A stretch of 64,000 nt of DNA from NCBI GenBank assembly GCA_902510655.1, contig CABXBY010000001.1:29398-93397 (forward strand). The letters run 5' to 3'. Position numbers and translations under genes: made by a program. The notes beneath the pieces are model-generated. The model saw only the letters and a program-made list of their open reading frames with translations, made no database searches and had not been told where the DNA came from. Positions 44,276 to 53,286 of the stretch are shown here, in pieces; the stretch's first letter is position 1; every line of letters begins with the position of its first letter. Source of the DNA: an uncultured Bacteroidota bacterium. Its GTDB lineage: Bacteria > Bacteroidota > Bacteroidia > Flavobacteriales > Flavobacteriaceae.

Positions 44276-46633
44276 ATGTCTAAAACTAAAAGTAAGTTAA
44301 AAGGATATTTTTCATTATCAAGAACTCAACAAATCATGTTTGGAGTTTTTTTAGTGCTATTTTCAATTATTATTTTTTCTTCTTTAGTCTCTTATTTCGG
44401 AACATGGAGAGCTGATCAATCTGAACTAACTCAATTCTTTGATAAAGATGTAAATTCAGTAAATATTGCCAGCAAATTTGGCGCTCTTATAAGTCATTTT
44501 TTAATTTATTTAATGTTTGGTGTTTCCTCTTTTATTTTACCAATTTTATTATTTATTTCGGGTTTAACTTTATTTGTAAATGCAGATTTAAAAAAACTTT
44601 ATAATAGATGGTTTTGGGGTATATTGATAATGATTTGGATTTCATTATTTTTTGGATATTATTCTCCAAATTATATTTATTCAGGTAGTGTTGGATTTGA
44701 AGCAAATGAGTTTTTAAAAATTTATATTGGTGAAATCGGAATAATTTTAATATTAATTTTCGGATTACTTACATACCTAGTTGTAAGATTAAAAGTAACT
44801 CCAGAAAAAGTTTTTAATTTTTTCAAAAAAATGTATCCCAAAGTAAAGAGTGAATTAATTGATGAAAATCAAACTAATCCAATTGAAATAGATCTCTCAA
44901 CCAAATTAAATCCAGAAAAGTCTGAATCTAAATTTAATATCAAAAGTGAAGATTTGAAACCTACAATTACAAATTTTTCCTCATATAATGATAAGGTTGA
45001 TGTTAAGCCTACTGAAAATAGCGAAAGCGAAAGTGAAATTAAAATTGAAATTGAAAAAAATGAAGAAGAAGAAATACTAGATGAAGACGCTATCGCAAAA
45101 GGATTGGTAAAGAAATTCGGTGAATATGACCATACCTTAGAATTAAAAAACTACAAAACTCCATCAATTGAATTATTAAACGAATATGATAACGGTGGAG
45201 TAATTACTATAAATGAAGAAGAATTAGAGGAGAATAAAGAAAAAATAATTGAAACTCTTAAAAATTATAAAATTGGTATTGACCAAATAAAAGCTACGAT
45301 TGGACCAACTGTAACTCTTTATGAAATTATTCCGGAAGCAGGAATTAGAATATCAAAAATTAAAAATTTAGAAGACGACATAGCATTATCATTAGCTGCA
45401 TTAGGAATTAGAATTATCGCACCAATCCCCGGAAAAGGAACAATTGGAATAGAAGTTCCAAATAAAAATTCAACTATTGTTTCTATGAAATCAGTATTAG
45501 CTTCAAAAAATTATCAAGAAGCTGAAATGGAACTTCCTATCGCATTAGGAAAAAATATAAGTAATGAAACTTATGTAGTTGATCTGGCGAAAATGCCACA
45601 CTTATTAATGGCAGGTGCTACAGGTCAGGGAAAATCAGTTGGACTTAACACAGTCTTAACATCACTTCTTTATAAAAAACACCCCTCTGAAGTAAAATTT
45701 GTTTTAGTTGATCCAAAAAAAGTTGAATTAACTTTATTTAATAAGATAGAAAGACACTATTTAGCAAAGCTTCCTGATACAGATGAAGCTATTATTACTG
45801 ATAATAAAGCTGTAATTAAAACCTTAAATTCATTATGTATCGAAATGGATAACAGGTATGAAATGTTAAAAAATGCACTTTGTAGAAACATTAAAGAATA
45901 CAATGCAAAATTTAAACAAAGAAAATTAAATCCAGATTCTGGTAATGTTTTTCTCCCTTATATTGTTTTAATAATTGATGAATTTGCTGATCTAATTATG
46001 ACAGCAGGAAAAGAGGTAGAAACTCCTATTGCAAGATTAGCTCAATTAGCTAGAGCTGTAGGTATTCACTTAATAATAGCAACTCAAAGACCATCTGTAA
46101 ATGTTATAACTGGAATAATTAAAGCTAATTTTCCTGCAAGAATTGCATTTAGGGTTACATCAAAAATCGATTCCAGAACTATATTAGATAGTGGCGGTGC
46201 CGATCAGTTAATTGGAAAGGGTGATATGCTTTATACTCAAGGAAATGAATTAGTAAGAATACAATGTGCTTTTGTTGATACTCCTGAAATAAATAAAATT
46301 ACAGATTTTATAGGCTCTCAAAAAGCATATGCTACAGCCTATGAATTACCAGAGTATGTTGGTGAAGAAAGTTCAAGTTCTTTAGATAATAACATTGAGG
46401 ATAGAGATGTTTTATTTAGAGAAGCTGCTGAAATTATAGTAATAGCTCAACAAGGTTCAGCATCATTATTGCAACGTAAAATGAAACTGGGTTATAACAG
46501 AGCTGGTAGAATTATTGACCAGCTAGAAGCTGCGGGAATAGTAGGTGCATTTGAAGGAAGTAAAGCAAGAGAAGTTTTAGTTTTAGATTTAGCTTCACTA
46601 AACACTTTATTAGAAAGTGAAAAAAATAAATAA
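44276..46633 (+). CDS. ftsK: DNA translocase FtsK
   Basis: N-terminal TM domain, PHLLMAGATGQGKS, IDEFADL, ATQRPS, gamma domain LQRKMKLGYNRAGR. Confidence 0.97.
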   Translation: MSKTKSKLKGYFSLSRTQQIMFGVFLVLFSIIIFSSLVSYFGTWRADQSELTQFFDKDVNSVNIASKFGALISHFLIYLMFGVSSFILPILLFISGLTLFVNADLKKLYNRWFWGILIMIWISLFFGYYSPNYIYSGSVGFEANEFLKIYIGEIGIILILIFGLLTYLVVRLKVTPEKVFNFFKKMYPKVKSELIDENQTNPIEIDLSTKLNPEKSESKFNIKSEDLKPTITNFSSYNDKVDVKPTENSESESEIKIEIEKNEEEEILDEDAIAKGLVKKFGEYDHTLELKNYKTPSIELLNEYDNGGVITINEEELEENKEKIIETLKNYKIGIDQIKATIGPTVTLYEIIPEAGIRISKIKNLEDDIALSLAALGIRIIAPIPGKGTIGIEVPNKNSTIVSMKSVLASKNYQEAEMELPIALGKNISNETYVVDLAKMPHLLMAGATGQGKSVGLNTVLTSLLYKKHPSEVKFVLVDPKKVELTLFNKIERHYLAKLPDTDEAIITDNKAVIKTLNSLCIEMDNRYEMLKNALCRNIKEYNAKFKQRKLNPDSGNVFLPYIVLIIDEFADLIMTAGKEVETPIARLAQLARAVGIHLIIATQRPSVNVITGIIKANFPARIAFRVTSKIDSRTILDSGGADQLIGKGDMLYTQGNELVRIQCAFVDTPEINKITDFIGSQKAYATAYELPEYVGEESSSSLDNNIEDRDVLFREAAEIIVIAQQGSASLLQRKMKLGYNRAGRIIDQLEAAGIVGAFEGSKAREVLVLDLASLNTLLESEKNK

Positions 46634-47268
46634 TGAAAAAATTCTTATTAATAATTGTCATATTTAGTTTAAATATAAACGCTCAGAATGATCCTAGAGC
46701 AGAAAAATTGTTAGCTAAAGTTTCAAATAAAATAGATTCAGCAAAAAGTTATAAAATCGATTTTAAGTACACCTTAGAAAATAAATTAGAGGGAATTAAC
46801 CAAGATGCAGATGGAACTGTAACTATTCAAGGAGATAATTATTTATTAAATTTTATGGGAATTACTCAAATATGTGATTCTAATAATATCTATTCTATCG
46901 TTCCAGAAAATGAAGAAGTTATAATATCTAGTATTGAAGAGGAAGAAGAACAAACCATAAAGCCATCTAAGTTGCTAAATTTTTACAGAGAAGGTTACTT
47001 AATTTTATGGGATAAACTTCAATCAGATTATGACAACAAAATTCAATTTGTTAAGCTAATTCCGAGTAATTCAAATTCAGATATAGATTACTTACTTCTT
47101 GGAATTAATATTTCAAACAATAATATTTCTAAACTTATTGAAATTGGAAAAAATAAAACAAAGACTATTCTTAATGTAAATTCAATTGTTTTTGACCCTG
47201 TTTTAGAGAAAGATATTTTTATTTTTAATGAAAATAATTATATAGATTATTATATAGAAAAATTATAA
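46633..47268 (+). CDS. lolA: Outer membrane lipoprotein carrier LolA-like
   Basis: Signal peptide ending INA-Q; conserved position after ftsK; ENEEVIIS and PSKLLNFY motifs. Confidence 0.78.
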   Translation: MKKFLLIIVIFSLNINAQNDPRAEKLLAKVSNKIDSAKSYKIDFKYTLENKLEGINQDADGTVTIQGDNYLLNFMGITQICDSNNIYSIVPENEEVIISSIEEEEEQTIKPSKLLNFYREGYLILWDKLQSDYDNKIQFVKLIPSNSNSDIDYLLLGINISNNNISKLIEIGKNKTKTILNVNSIVFDPVLEKDIFIFNENNYIDYYIEKL

Positions 47269-47269
47269 A

Positions 47270-48730
47270 ATGAAGATAATAGATCGTTATATATTAACAT
47301 CTTATCTAAAGATATTTTTTAGTTTCTTTTTTATATTGATGTTTATTTTCATTATTCAAATAATATGGGTATTTATTGATGATTTAGCTGGAAAAGAAGT
47401 TGATTTTGAAATAATATTTAAATTTCTTTTGTTCTACTCACCCAAACTACTTCCACTAGTTATTCCGTTAACAGTTTTACTAGCCTCAATAATGACTTTT
47501 GGTAATTTATCTGAACAATATGAACTGGCAGCTATTAAATCTTCAGGAATATCACTTTTTAGATCAATGAGAAGTCTTCTAGTTGTTAATATTATTCTAT
47601 GTGTTGGAATGTTTTTTATAGCTAATAGCCTTATCCCTTATGCAGAATTCAAATCTTATAACCTTAGAAAAAATCTAGCTAAATTAAAACCAGCTTTGGC
47701 CATTACAGAGGGTGTTTTCAGTGATATAAACAACATGAATATTAAAGTTGAAAGAAAATACGGTCCAAATAATAATCTTCTTGAGGATATTATTATACAT
47801 CAAAATAATTTTAATTCTAGAAACACGTTAGTTATAAAAGCTGAATCTGGAGAACTTAAAAGTCAAGATTCAAGTGAAATTTTACAGCTTGTTTTAAATA
47901 ATGGTAAAAGATATGAGGAAATAGAAAGTAGAAGTCCAAACAACAAACAGGTATCTCCGCATACCCTAGTTTCCTTTGAAAAGCATGTAATGAATATAGA
48001 TTTAAGAGAATTCAATAAAGTTGATTTTGATGATGAAAAGTTCAGTAATACTTACAGAATGCAAAATATTTCTCAGTTAAATTTTAGTATCGATTCCTTA
48101 TCCAAAAACTTAGTTTTTAGATATAATAATTTTGCAAAAAATTTTTATGCTAGAACTGGAATCTCAAATTTTGGAAGAAATGTTAGAACAGATAATAGTT
48201 TTAAAGATTCGATTTTATACACAAACTACAATTCGCATTTAAAAGATTTTCCAAGGAATAAACAATTAGACGTATTAAACGAATCTTTAAATTTAACAAA
48301 CAGTCATGTTCAAGTTTTATTAAACCAAAAGGACAATTTTTTTATTAAAGAAAAAATAGTTAATCTTCATAAATCTAATTTATATGATAAGTATGCTTTA
48401 GGATTTGCTTCTTTGATTCTATTTTTTGTTGGTGCACCTCTTGGTGCAATAATTAGAAAAGGAGGTATTGGACTTCCAATGGTTGTTTCATTGATATTAT
48501 TTCTTAGCTATCACTTCATAGGAACTTTCAGTAGAAATGCAGCAGAAGATGGAAGTATTGACGCACTAATTGGAAGCTTAATTCCTAATGCAATAATGTT
48601 ACCACTAGGATTATATTTAATTTACAGAGCTAGTTCTGATAAATCTATATTTAATTTTGATAAAATATCATATCCTTTTAGACTATTTTTGAAAAAAATT
48701 AGTTCTATAAAATTTCGATTAAAAAAATAA
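47270..48730 (+). CDS. LptF/LptG family permease
   Basis: MKIIDRYI, ELAAIKSSGISL, GAPLGAIIRKGG. Confidence 0.92.
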   Translation: MKIIDRYILTSYLKIFFSFFFILMFIFIIQIIWVFIDDLAGKEVDFEIIFKFLLFYSPKLLPLVIPLTVLLASIMTFGNLSEQYELAAIKSSGISLFRSMRSLLVVNIILCVGMFFIANSLIPYAEFKSYNLRKNLAKLKPALAITEGVFSDINNMNIKVERKYGPNNNLLEDIIIHQNNFNSRNTLVIKAESGELKSQDSSEILQLVLNNGKRYEEIESRSPNNKQVSPHTLVSFEKHVMNIDLREFNKVDFDDEKFSNTYRMQNISQLNFSIDSLSKNLVFRYNNFAKNFYARTGISNFGRNVRTDNSFKDSILYTNYNSHLKDFPRNKQLDVLNESLNLTNSHVQVLLNQKDNFFIKEKIVNLHKSNLYDKYALGFASLILFFVGAPLGAIIRKGGIGLPMVVSLILFLSYHFIGTFSRNAAEDGSIDALIGSLIPNAIMLPLGLYLIYRASSDKSIFNFDKISYPFRLFLKKISSIKFRLKK

Positions 48731-48732
48731 AT

Positions 48733-49860
48733 ATGAGTAAAGTAATTTTAGATAAAATATCAGATGCAATTGAAGATGTTAAGAATGGGAAAATTATTAT
48801 TGTTGTTGACGACGAAAATAGAGAAAACGAGGGAGATTTTATTTGTGCTGCTGATCTAGTTACGCCTGAGTCAATAAATTTTATGGCTAAACATGCTAGA
48901 GGCCTCATATGTACTCCGATAACAGAAAAAAGATCAAGAAAGTTGAATTTATATCCAATGGTTACTAATAATACTGATCCAATGGATACGGCATTTACGG
49001 TTTCTGTAGATTTAAAAGGTTCTGGAGTAACATCTGGAATATCTGCTTCAGATAGATCAAAAACTATAAAAGCAATTGTAGACAACGATACAAAACCAGA
49101 CGATTTAGCACGTCCTGGTCACATTTTTCCATTAATCGCTAAAGAAGGTGGTGTATTAAGAAGAACTGGACACACAGAAGCTGCTATTGACTTTGCAAGG
49201 TTAGCAGGATGTTCACCCGCAGGTGTTATTTGTGAAATAATGTCCGAGGATGGATCTATGGCTAGAGTTCCTGAACTAATTAAAGTAGCTAAGAAATTAG
49301 ATTTAAAAATTGTATCAATTGAGGATCTTGTTGCTTACAGAATGAAACATGATAGTCTAATTACTAAAAAGGAATCTTTTGTTTTTAATACAAAATTTGG
49401 GGATTACAATTTATCCGCTTTTCAACAAACAAATAACAATCAAATACATTTGGTATTGTCAAAAGGAGAATGGAAAGAGAATGAGCCAGTTTTAGTTAGA
49501 ATAAACTCTTCGATCACTAATAATGATTTGCTAACAACTCTTACGTCTAAATCAAAAAATAAACTTGATGGTATTTTTAATAAAATAAATGAAGAGGAGA
49601 AAGGTGTGATAGTCTTTATTAACCAACCTCCTAACCCAGTAAATGTTTTATTTAGACTTAACGAAATAAAAAAACTACAATCTAAAGGAGAATACAAAAC
49701 ACCGCCTGTTGTAATGGATGAAAAAGATTTTGGGATTGGAGCTCAAATACTTCACGATCTGAAAATTCACAAGATAAGATTGTTAACGAATAGTACTCAG
49801 ATAAAAAGAGTTGGAATGATAGGTTATGGATTAGAAATTGTTGAATATATTAATTACTAA
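48733..49860 (+). CDS. ribB: DHBP synthase fused to a degenerate GTP cyclohydrolase II-like domain (RibBX type)
   Basis: DDENRENEGD, FTVSVD, RPGHIFPL, RTGHTEA, CEIM. C-terminal domain lacks the zinc cysteines (LVRINSSITNND). Confidence 0.92.
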   Translation: MSKVILDKISDAIEDVKNGKIIIVVDDENRENEGDFICAADLVTPESINFMAKHARGLICTPITEKRSRKLNLYPMVTNNTDPMDTAFTVSVDLKGSGVTSGISASDRSKTIKAIVDNDTKPDDLARPGHIFPLIAKEGGVLRRTGHTEAAIDFARLAGCSPAGVICEIMSEDGSMARVPELIKVAKKLDLKIVSIEDLVAYRMKHDSLITKKESFVFNTKFGDYNLSAFQQTNNNQIHLVLSKGEWKENEPVLVRINSSITNNDLLTTLTSKSKNKLDGIFNKINEEEKGVIVFINQPPNPVNVLFRLNEIKKLQSKGEYKTPPVVMDEKDFGIGAQILHDLKIHKIRLLTNSTQIKRVGMIGYGLEIVEYINY

Positions 49861-50620
49861 AGAACCATAATTTAGCTGACATTAATAGTACCATAATCAA
49901 AAGGAAAAATTTAATTGTTTTTTCACCTTTTTTCACTGACCACCTACTTGATGTCCATCCACCAAGAAAATTTCCCGAAGCTAAAAACAATCCATAAACC
50001 CAATTAATTTTGTCAGCCAAAGCAAAGGTTACAATAGCACCTGTTGTGTATATTAAAACAATAACAACTTTAGTAGCATTAACTTTTACAAGACCCAACC
50101 TATTATAATAATGAAGAAACAACATTATAACAAATCCAATTCCTGCATTGATAAAACCACCATAAACCCCTATGAAAAAGAAGGCTATCATAGAAATAAA
50201 TAAATATTTTCCAGTAAGTCTTTCTGAAAGGTTTTTATAATCAATAGTTGGTTTAAAAACTATTAAGAAAACTACTACTATCATTATAATAGCAAGAATT
50301 TTATTAAAAAGCTCACCTTCAATATCAATTGCTATTTGTGCACCAATTAAAGCGCCTAATAGACCAGCAAAACCTAAATATGCATTAAATGGGTAATTTG
50401 AAACTCCTTTACTTTTAAAACCAGCTGTAGCTGAAAAAGCTGACATAAATATTGCTATTCTATTCGTACCATTAGCAACTGCAGAGGGTAATCCCATAAA
50501 AATAAGTAAAGGAAGAGTTAATAACGAGCCTCCTCCTGCCATTGTGTTTATAAATCCTGCAATAAATCCAGCAAGAATTAACAGAGGATAATGCCATGAA
50601 AACCATTCTAATTCAAACAT
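49850..50620 (-). CDS. TauE/SafE family membrane transporter
   Basis: GFINTMAGGGSLLTLP, ANGTNR, GVYGGFINAGIG, NATK. Confidence 0.9.
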   Translation of the reverse strand: MFELEWFSWHYPLLILAGFIAGFINTMAGGGSLLTLPLLIFMGLPSAVANGTNRIAIFMSAFSATAGFKSKGVSNYPFNAYLGFAGLLGALIGAQIAIDIEGELFNKILAIIMIVVVFLIVFKPTIDYKNLSERLTGKYLFISMIAFFFIGVYGGFINAGIGFVIMLFLHYYNRLGLVKVNATKVVIVLIYTTGAIVTFALADKINWVYGLFLASGNFLGGWTSSRWSVKKGEKTIKFFLLIMVLLMSAKLWFFSN

Positions 50621-50689
50621 ATTTCAAATGTAACAAAAAGGAATCTATATAATAATTAAATAAAAATTTGTACTAAATAAAAAGGAAGT

Positions 50690-50697
50690 TATATTTG
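50690..50697 (+). promoter_or_regulatory. -7 promoter element (TATATTTG) of tRNA-Ser
   Basis: TAnnTTTG consensus 9 bp before the tRNA. Confidence 0.65.
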
Positions 50698-50706
50698 CAT
50701 TCCATT

Positions 50707-50791
50707 GGAGAAATGGCAGAGTGGTCGAATGCGGCAGTCTTGAAAACTGTTGAGGGTCACACCTCCGGGGGTTCGAATCCCTCTTTCTCCG
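50707..50791 (+). tRNA. tRNA-Ser (anticodon TGA)
   Basis: Acceptor stem GGAGAAA/TTTCTCC, D-arm GCAGAGTGGTCGAATGC, anticodon loop CT-TGA-AA, long variable arm, GGTTCGAATCC T-arm; CCA not encoded. Confidence 0.96.
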
Positions 50792-50798
50792 CTTAGTC

Positions 50799-50843
50799 AA
50801 ACCCTAACTACTTTATAAACAAGTGATTAGGGTTTTTCTTTTT
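50799..50843 (+). terminator. Inverted repeat after tRNA-Ser (terminator and/or att-associated dyad)
   Basis: AAACCCTAA...TTAGGGTTT stem followed by a T-rich tract. Confidence 0.6.
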
Positions 50844-50902
50844 AAAATTTGTATGATTATTGTACGGCCAGCACTACTAAAAACCCAAAAAATCTCAATA
50901 GT

Positions 50903-50995
50903 AATTTTTAATTGGTACTACCCTACTCAAATAATATCGGTTTTCTTTAGAGGGGAGGTGTTTGTGTAATGATGTATAATAGTAAGTGTCTTAGT
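50903..50995 (+). repeat. Dispersed ~93-bp direct repeat, copy 1
   Basis: AATTTTTAATTGGTACTACCCTACTCAAATAATATCGGTTTTCTTTAGAGGGGAGGTGTTTGTG...TGTATAATAGTAAGTGTCTTAGT; 82/93 identical to copy 2 by hand alignment, without gaps. Confidence 0.92.
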
Positions 50996-51045
50996 CATAT
51001 ATTATTCAAAAATCTTAATTAACTTTAATAAAAAAATAAATATCT

Positions 51046-51339
51046 ATGAAACTTAATAATGAATATATTGAAAAGCTAAAAAATGTAGACCTTGAGTGGG
51101 ATTTTGAATATTATGAATTCTTAGATGGAGACGATGAACCAGGGCTTTATTTACTTCGAGGTGAAGATGCAAAGACTTGGAAAAAAGCTAAAGGATGGTC
51201 AGAAGAAAATATTGAAGAAAATAGTTCTATTGAATTTTCACAAACTCAAATTGCTGAAATTCAATCAAATGCTATATCAAATGAAAGCTGCCCTGAACAT
51301 GACAAAATACTCCTTGATCACTTACTAAATTTAATGTAG
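51046..51339 (+). CDS. Small acidic hypothetical protein
   Basis: 97-aa ORF rich in D/E with an A-rich upstream region; no family recognised. Confidence 0.6.
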   Translation: MKLNNEYIEKLKNVDLEWDFEYYEFLDGDDEPGLYLLRGEDAKTWKKAKGWSEENIEENSSIEFSQTQIAEIQSNAISNESCPEHDKILLDHLLNLM

Positions 51340-51399
51340 ATTATTAATTCTAAAAACATTATATGAATTCATTTATTAAAAGATGCTTAAAATTTAAAA

Positions 51400-52392
51400 T
51401 TATTTTACTTTATAAATTAATTCTACATAATCAGGATTAAATTTTTTATTTACTTCAAAATAAAAATTTTTGATTTCATCCATTTTTTTCCATTCGCTAA
51501 CTACAGCATTCATTTTCCTTGCTAAATCAATTGAATTAGGGTAATCTTTTTTGCTAATGAACTTTTCATTATTTTTTAATAGTTTTAAAATTTCTTTTTC
51601 AAAAAATTTAAAATTTGTTTTAAAATCCTCGTTTAAGGCTACCTCAAAAAAACTTCTTGGTATTGAATCGCTCTTATATCGATTGAGACTTAGCCCTATT
51701 GGTACTAAATTTTCAATAATATTTCCAGGTCCCCCTACACTTTTAGGAACAAAATGATCAATATCAACGAGATGCCCAATTGAATAATTTTGATTAAAAA
51801 AAGAGTATATTTTTAGTCTTAAATCGCCTGGTATTTTAGGATCTAATTTTTTGACTTGTTTTAAACTGCAATCTGGATTATCATTTAAGTATTTAACATC
51901 TTTTTCTTTTAATTCAAAAAATATACTTGCTAAACCACGTTTAATGGAAGCATCATACTCTTTTAACGGTCCATTATAAGGGATTGTCCTTTTAAGTAAT
52001 TTTTGATTTGTATAATATTGATGACATCTTAACTTATAATTTGAATCAGAAGAGAGCTTATCTTTAAATAATCTTATTTTATCTAACCAATAAGAATCAT
52101 CTTTAAATTGTTTAGAATAATCTAACACCTCTTCAATTGTGCTAAATACATCAACAGACAAAGTTTTCACAACTTTACCTTTTGCATAAATACCTCCGCT
52201 TGTTTCTGCTACATAAATAATATCATACATTTTTAATTTATGGGAAGGTGGATTTCTTTTATCCTTACCAATAGTAATCTCGAAATACCCTTTTTTCTTA
52301 GAATTGTTTTTTTTTAAATCTCTAAAAGAGTTACTTCTTTTTATCAAGAATGATTTTATTTTTTGATTTTCCAATAATTTTATTTTAATCAC
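51400..52392 (-). CDS. HNH endonuclease with N-terminal EVE/PUA-like domain
   Basis: DIDHFVPKSVGGPGNIIENLVPIGLSLNRYKSD is an HNH motif; LKMYDIIYVAETSGGIYAKGKV is a PUA/EVE-like strand pattern. Confidence 0.72.
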   Translation of the reverse strand: MIKIKLLENQKIKSFLIKRSNSFRDLKKNNSKKKGYFEITIGKDKRNPPSHKLKMYDIIYVAETSGGIYAKGKVVKTLSVDVFSTIEEVLDYSKQFKDDSYWLDKIRLFKDKLSSDSNYKLRCHQYYTNQKLLKRTIPYNGPLKEYDASIKRGLASIFFELKEKDVKYLNDNPDCSLKQVKKLDPKIPGDLRLKIYSFFNQNYSIGHLVDIDHFVPKSVGGPGNIIENLVPIGLSLNRYKSDSIPRSFFEVALNEDFKTNFKFFEKEILKLLKNNEKFISKKDYPNSIDLARKMNAVVSEWKKMDEIKNFYFEVNKKFNPDYVELIYKVK

Positions 52393-53228
52393 TCAATATG
52401 ACATACTTCACAAACAATTGCATATTCAAACATTGAATAATTTTTTTCAACTAATGAAATGTCTTCATCACCAATTTCGGAAATAAATTTTAGGCCATCG
52501 TTATCTATAAACCATAAATGATCAAAATTAAATTTTAAAAATTTATCAAAAAAGTCTTTCGCTGAAGTAATTTCATTTTTAAAAACATCACTGCCTAATT
52601 CTTGGGATGAAGTTAACCCTTCAATACTATCAGAATACATGTAGCTTTGAATTTCCCCATCATCACCATCTGTTAACCCATAGTAGTCTAACAATTCCTC
52701 TTCATCTAAATTTTTAATGTTTTTTTTCAATGATACAATAACTAATCTTGCAGAAGAATTATCTGTATCCCACCCTTCGAATTCTTGAAATAGATTTTCC
52801 TGTAAATCTTCATCCTCTTCCTGAGAAGATGAATCTTCAACTGAAAAAACCCATATCATCTCATATGTATCTGGATCCTCATCTGTGATCAATGTTCCTG
52901 ATTCATATTCACCTCCGCAGGATAATTCAATTTCAAATTCCAAATCCCAACCAAATACTTGAAATAATATAGCCAGTTTTTCTCCATCTAACCCTCCTTC
53001 CCCCATACTTATAGAAGCTTCCTTAGCAGAGTCAGCGATTTGCATACAGAATTTACTGTAAGGCTTGTTATATGTTCTACTTTGGACATCTACTGTTCCC
53101 TTACTAATTAAATAAATCTTTTCATCATTAATTTCAAATGGAATATCATTAGATTCCAACTTTTGAACTTTATCTTCGTTAAAATCTGTGCTGTTTAAGC
53201 TTTTTATAGAAAGTGATACTTTTGCCAT
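52389..53228 (-). CDS. Highly acidic hypothetical protein
   Basis: 279-aa ORF with D/E tracts (EDSSSQEEDEDLQE); overlaps the HNH gene by 4 bp. Confidence 0.7.
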   Translation of the reverse strand: MAKVSLSIKSLNSTDFNEDKVQKLESNDIPFEINDEKIYLISKGTVDVQSRTYNKPYSKFCMQIADSAKEASISMGEGGLDGEKLAILFQVFGWDLEFEIELSCGGEYESGTLITDEDPDTYEMIWVFSVEDSSSQEEDEDLQENLFQEFEGWDTDNSSARLVIVSLKKNIKNLDEEELLDYYGLTDGDDGEIQSYMYSDSIEGLTSSQELGSDVFKNEITSAKDFFDKFLKFNFDHLWFIDNDGLKFISEIGDEDISLVEKNYSMFEYAIVCEVCHIE

Positions 53229-53286
53229 TATTTTTTAATATTATAATTAATTTTAAATTAATATTTTATTCCTTAAATTCAAAAAT

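Noticed and set aside
50927..50998. Minus-strand mini-ORF MTKTLTIIHHYTNTSPLKKTDII inside repeat copy 1, with a few synonymous differences versus copy 2
   Set aside because: Copies 2 and 3 lack the start codon and stop at different positions, so a conserved peptide is not supported. A decayed coding origin cannot be excluded.
51125..51328. 67-aa alternative-frame ORF inside 51046-51339
   Set aside because: Nested in another frame of a longer ORF that has a better upstream context.
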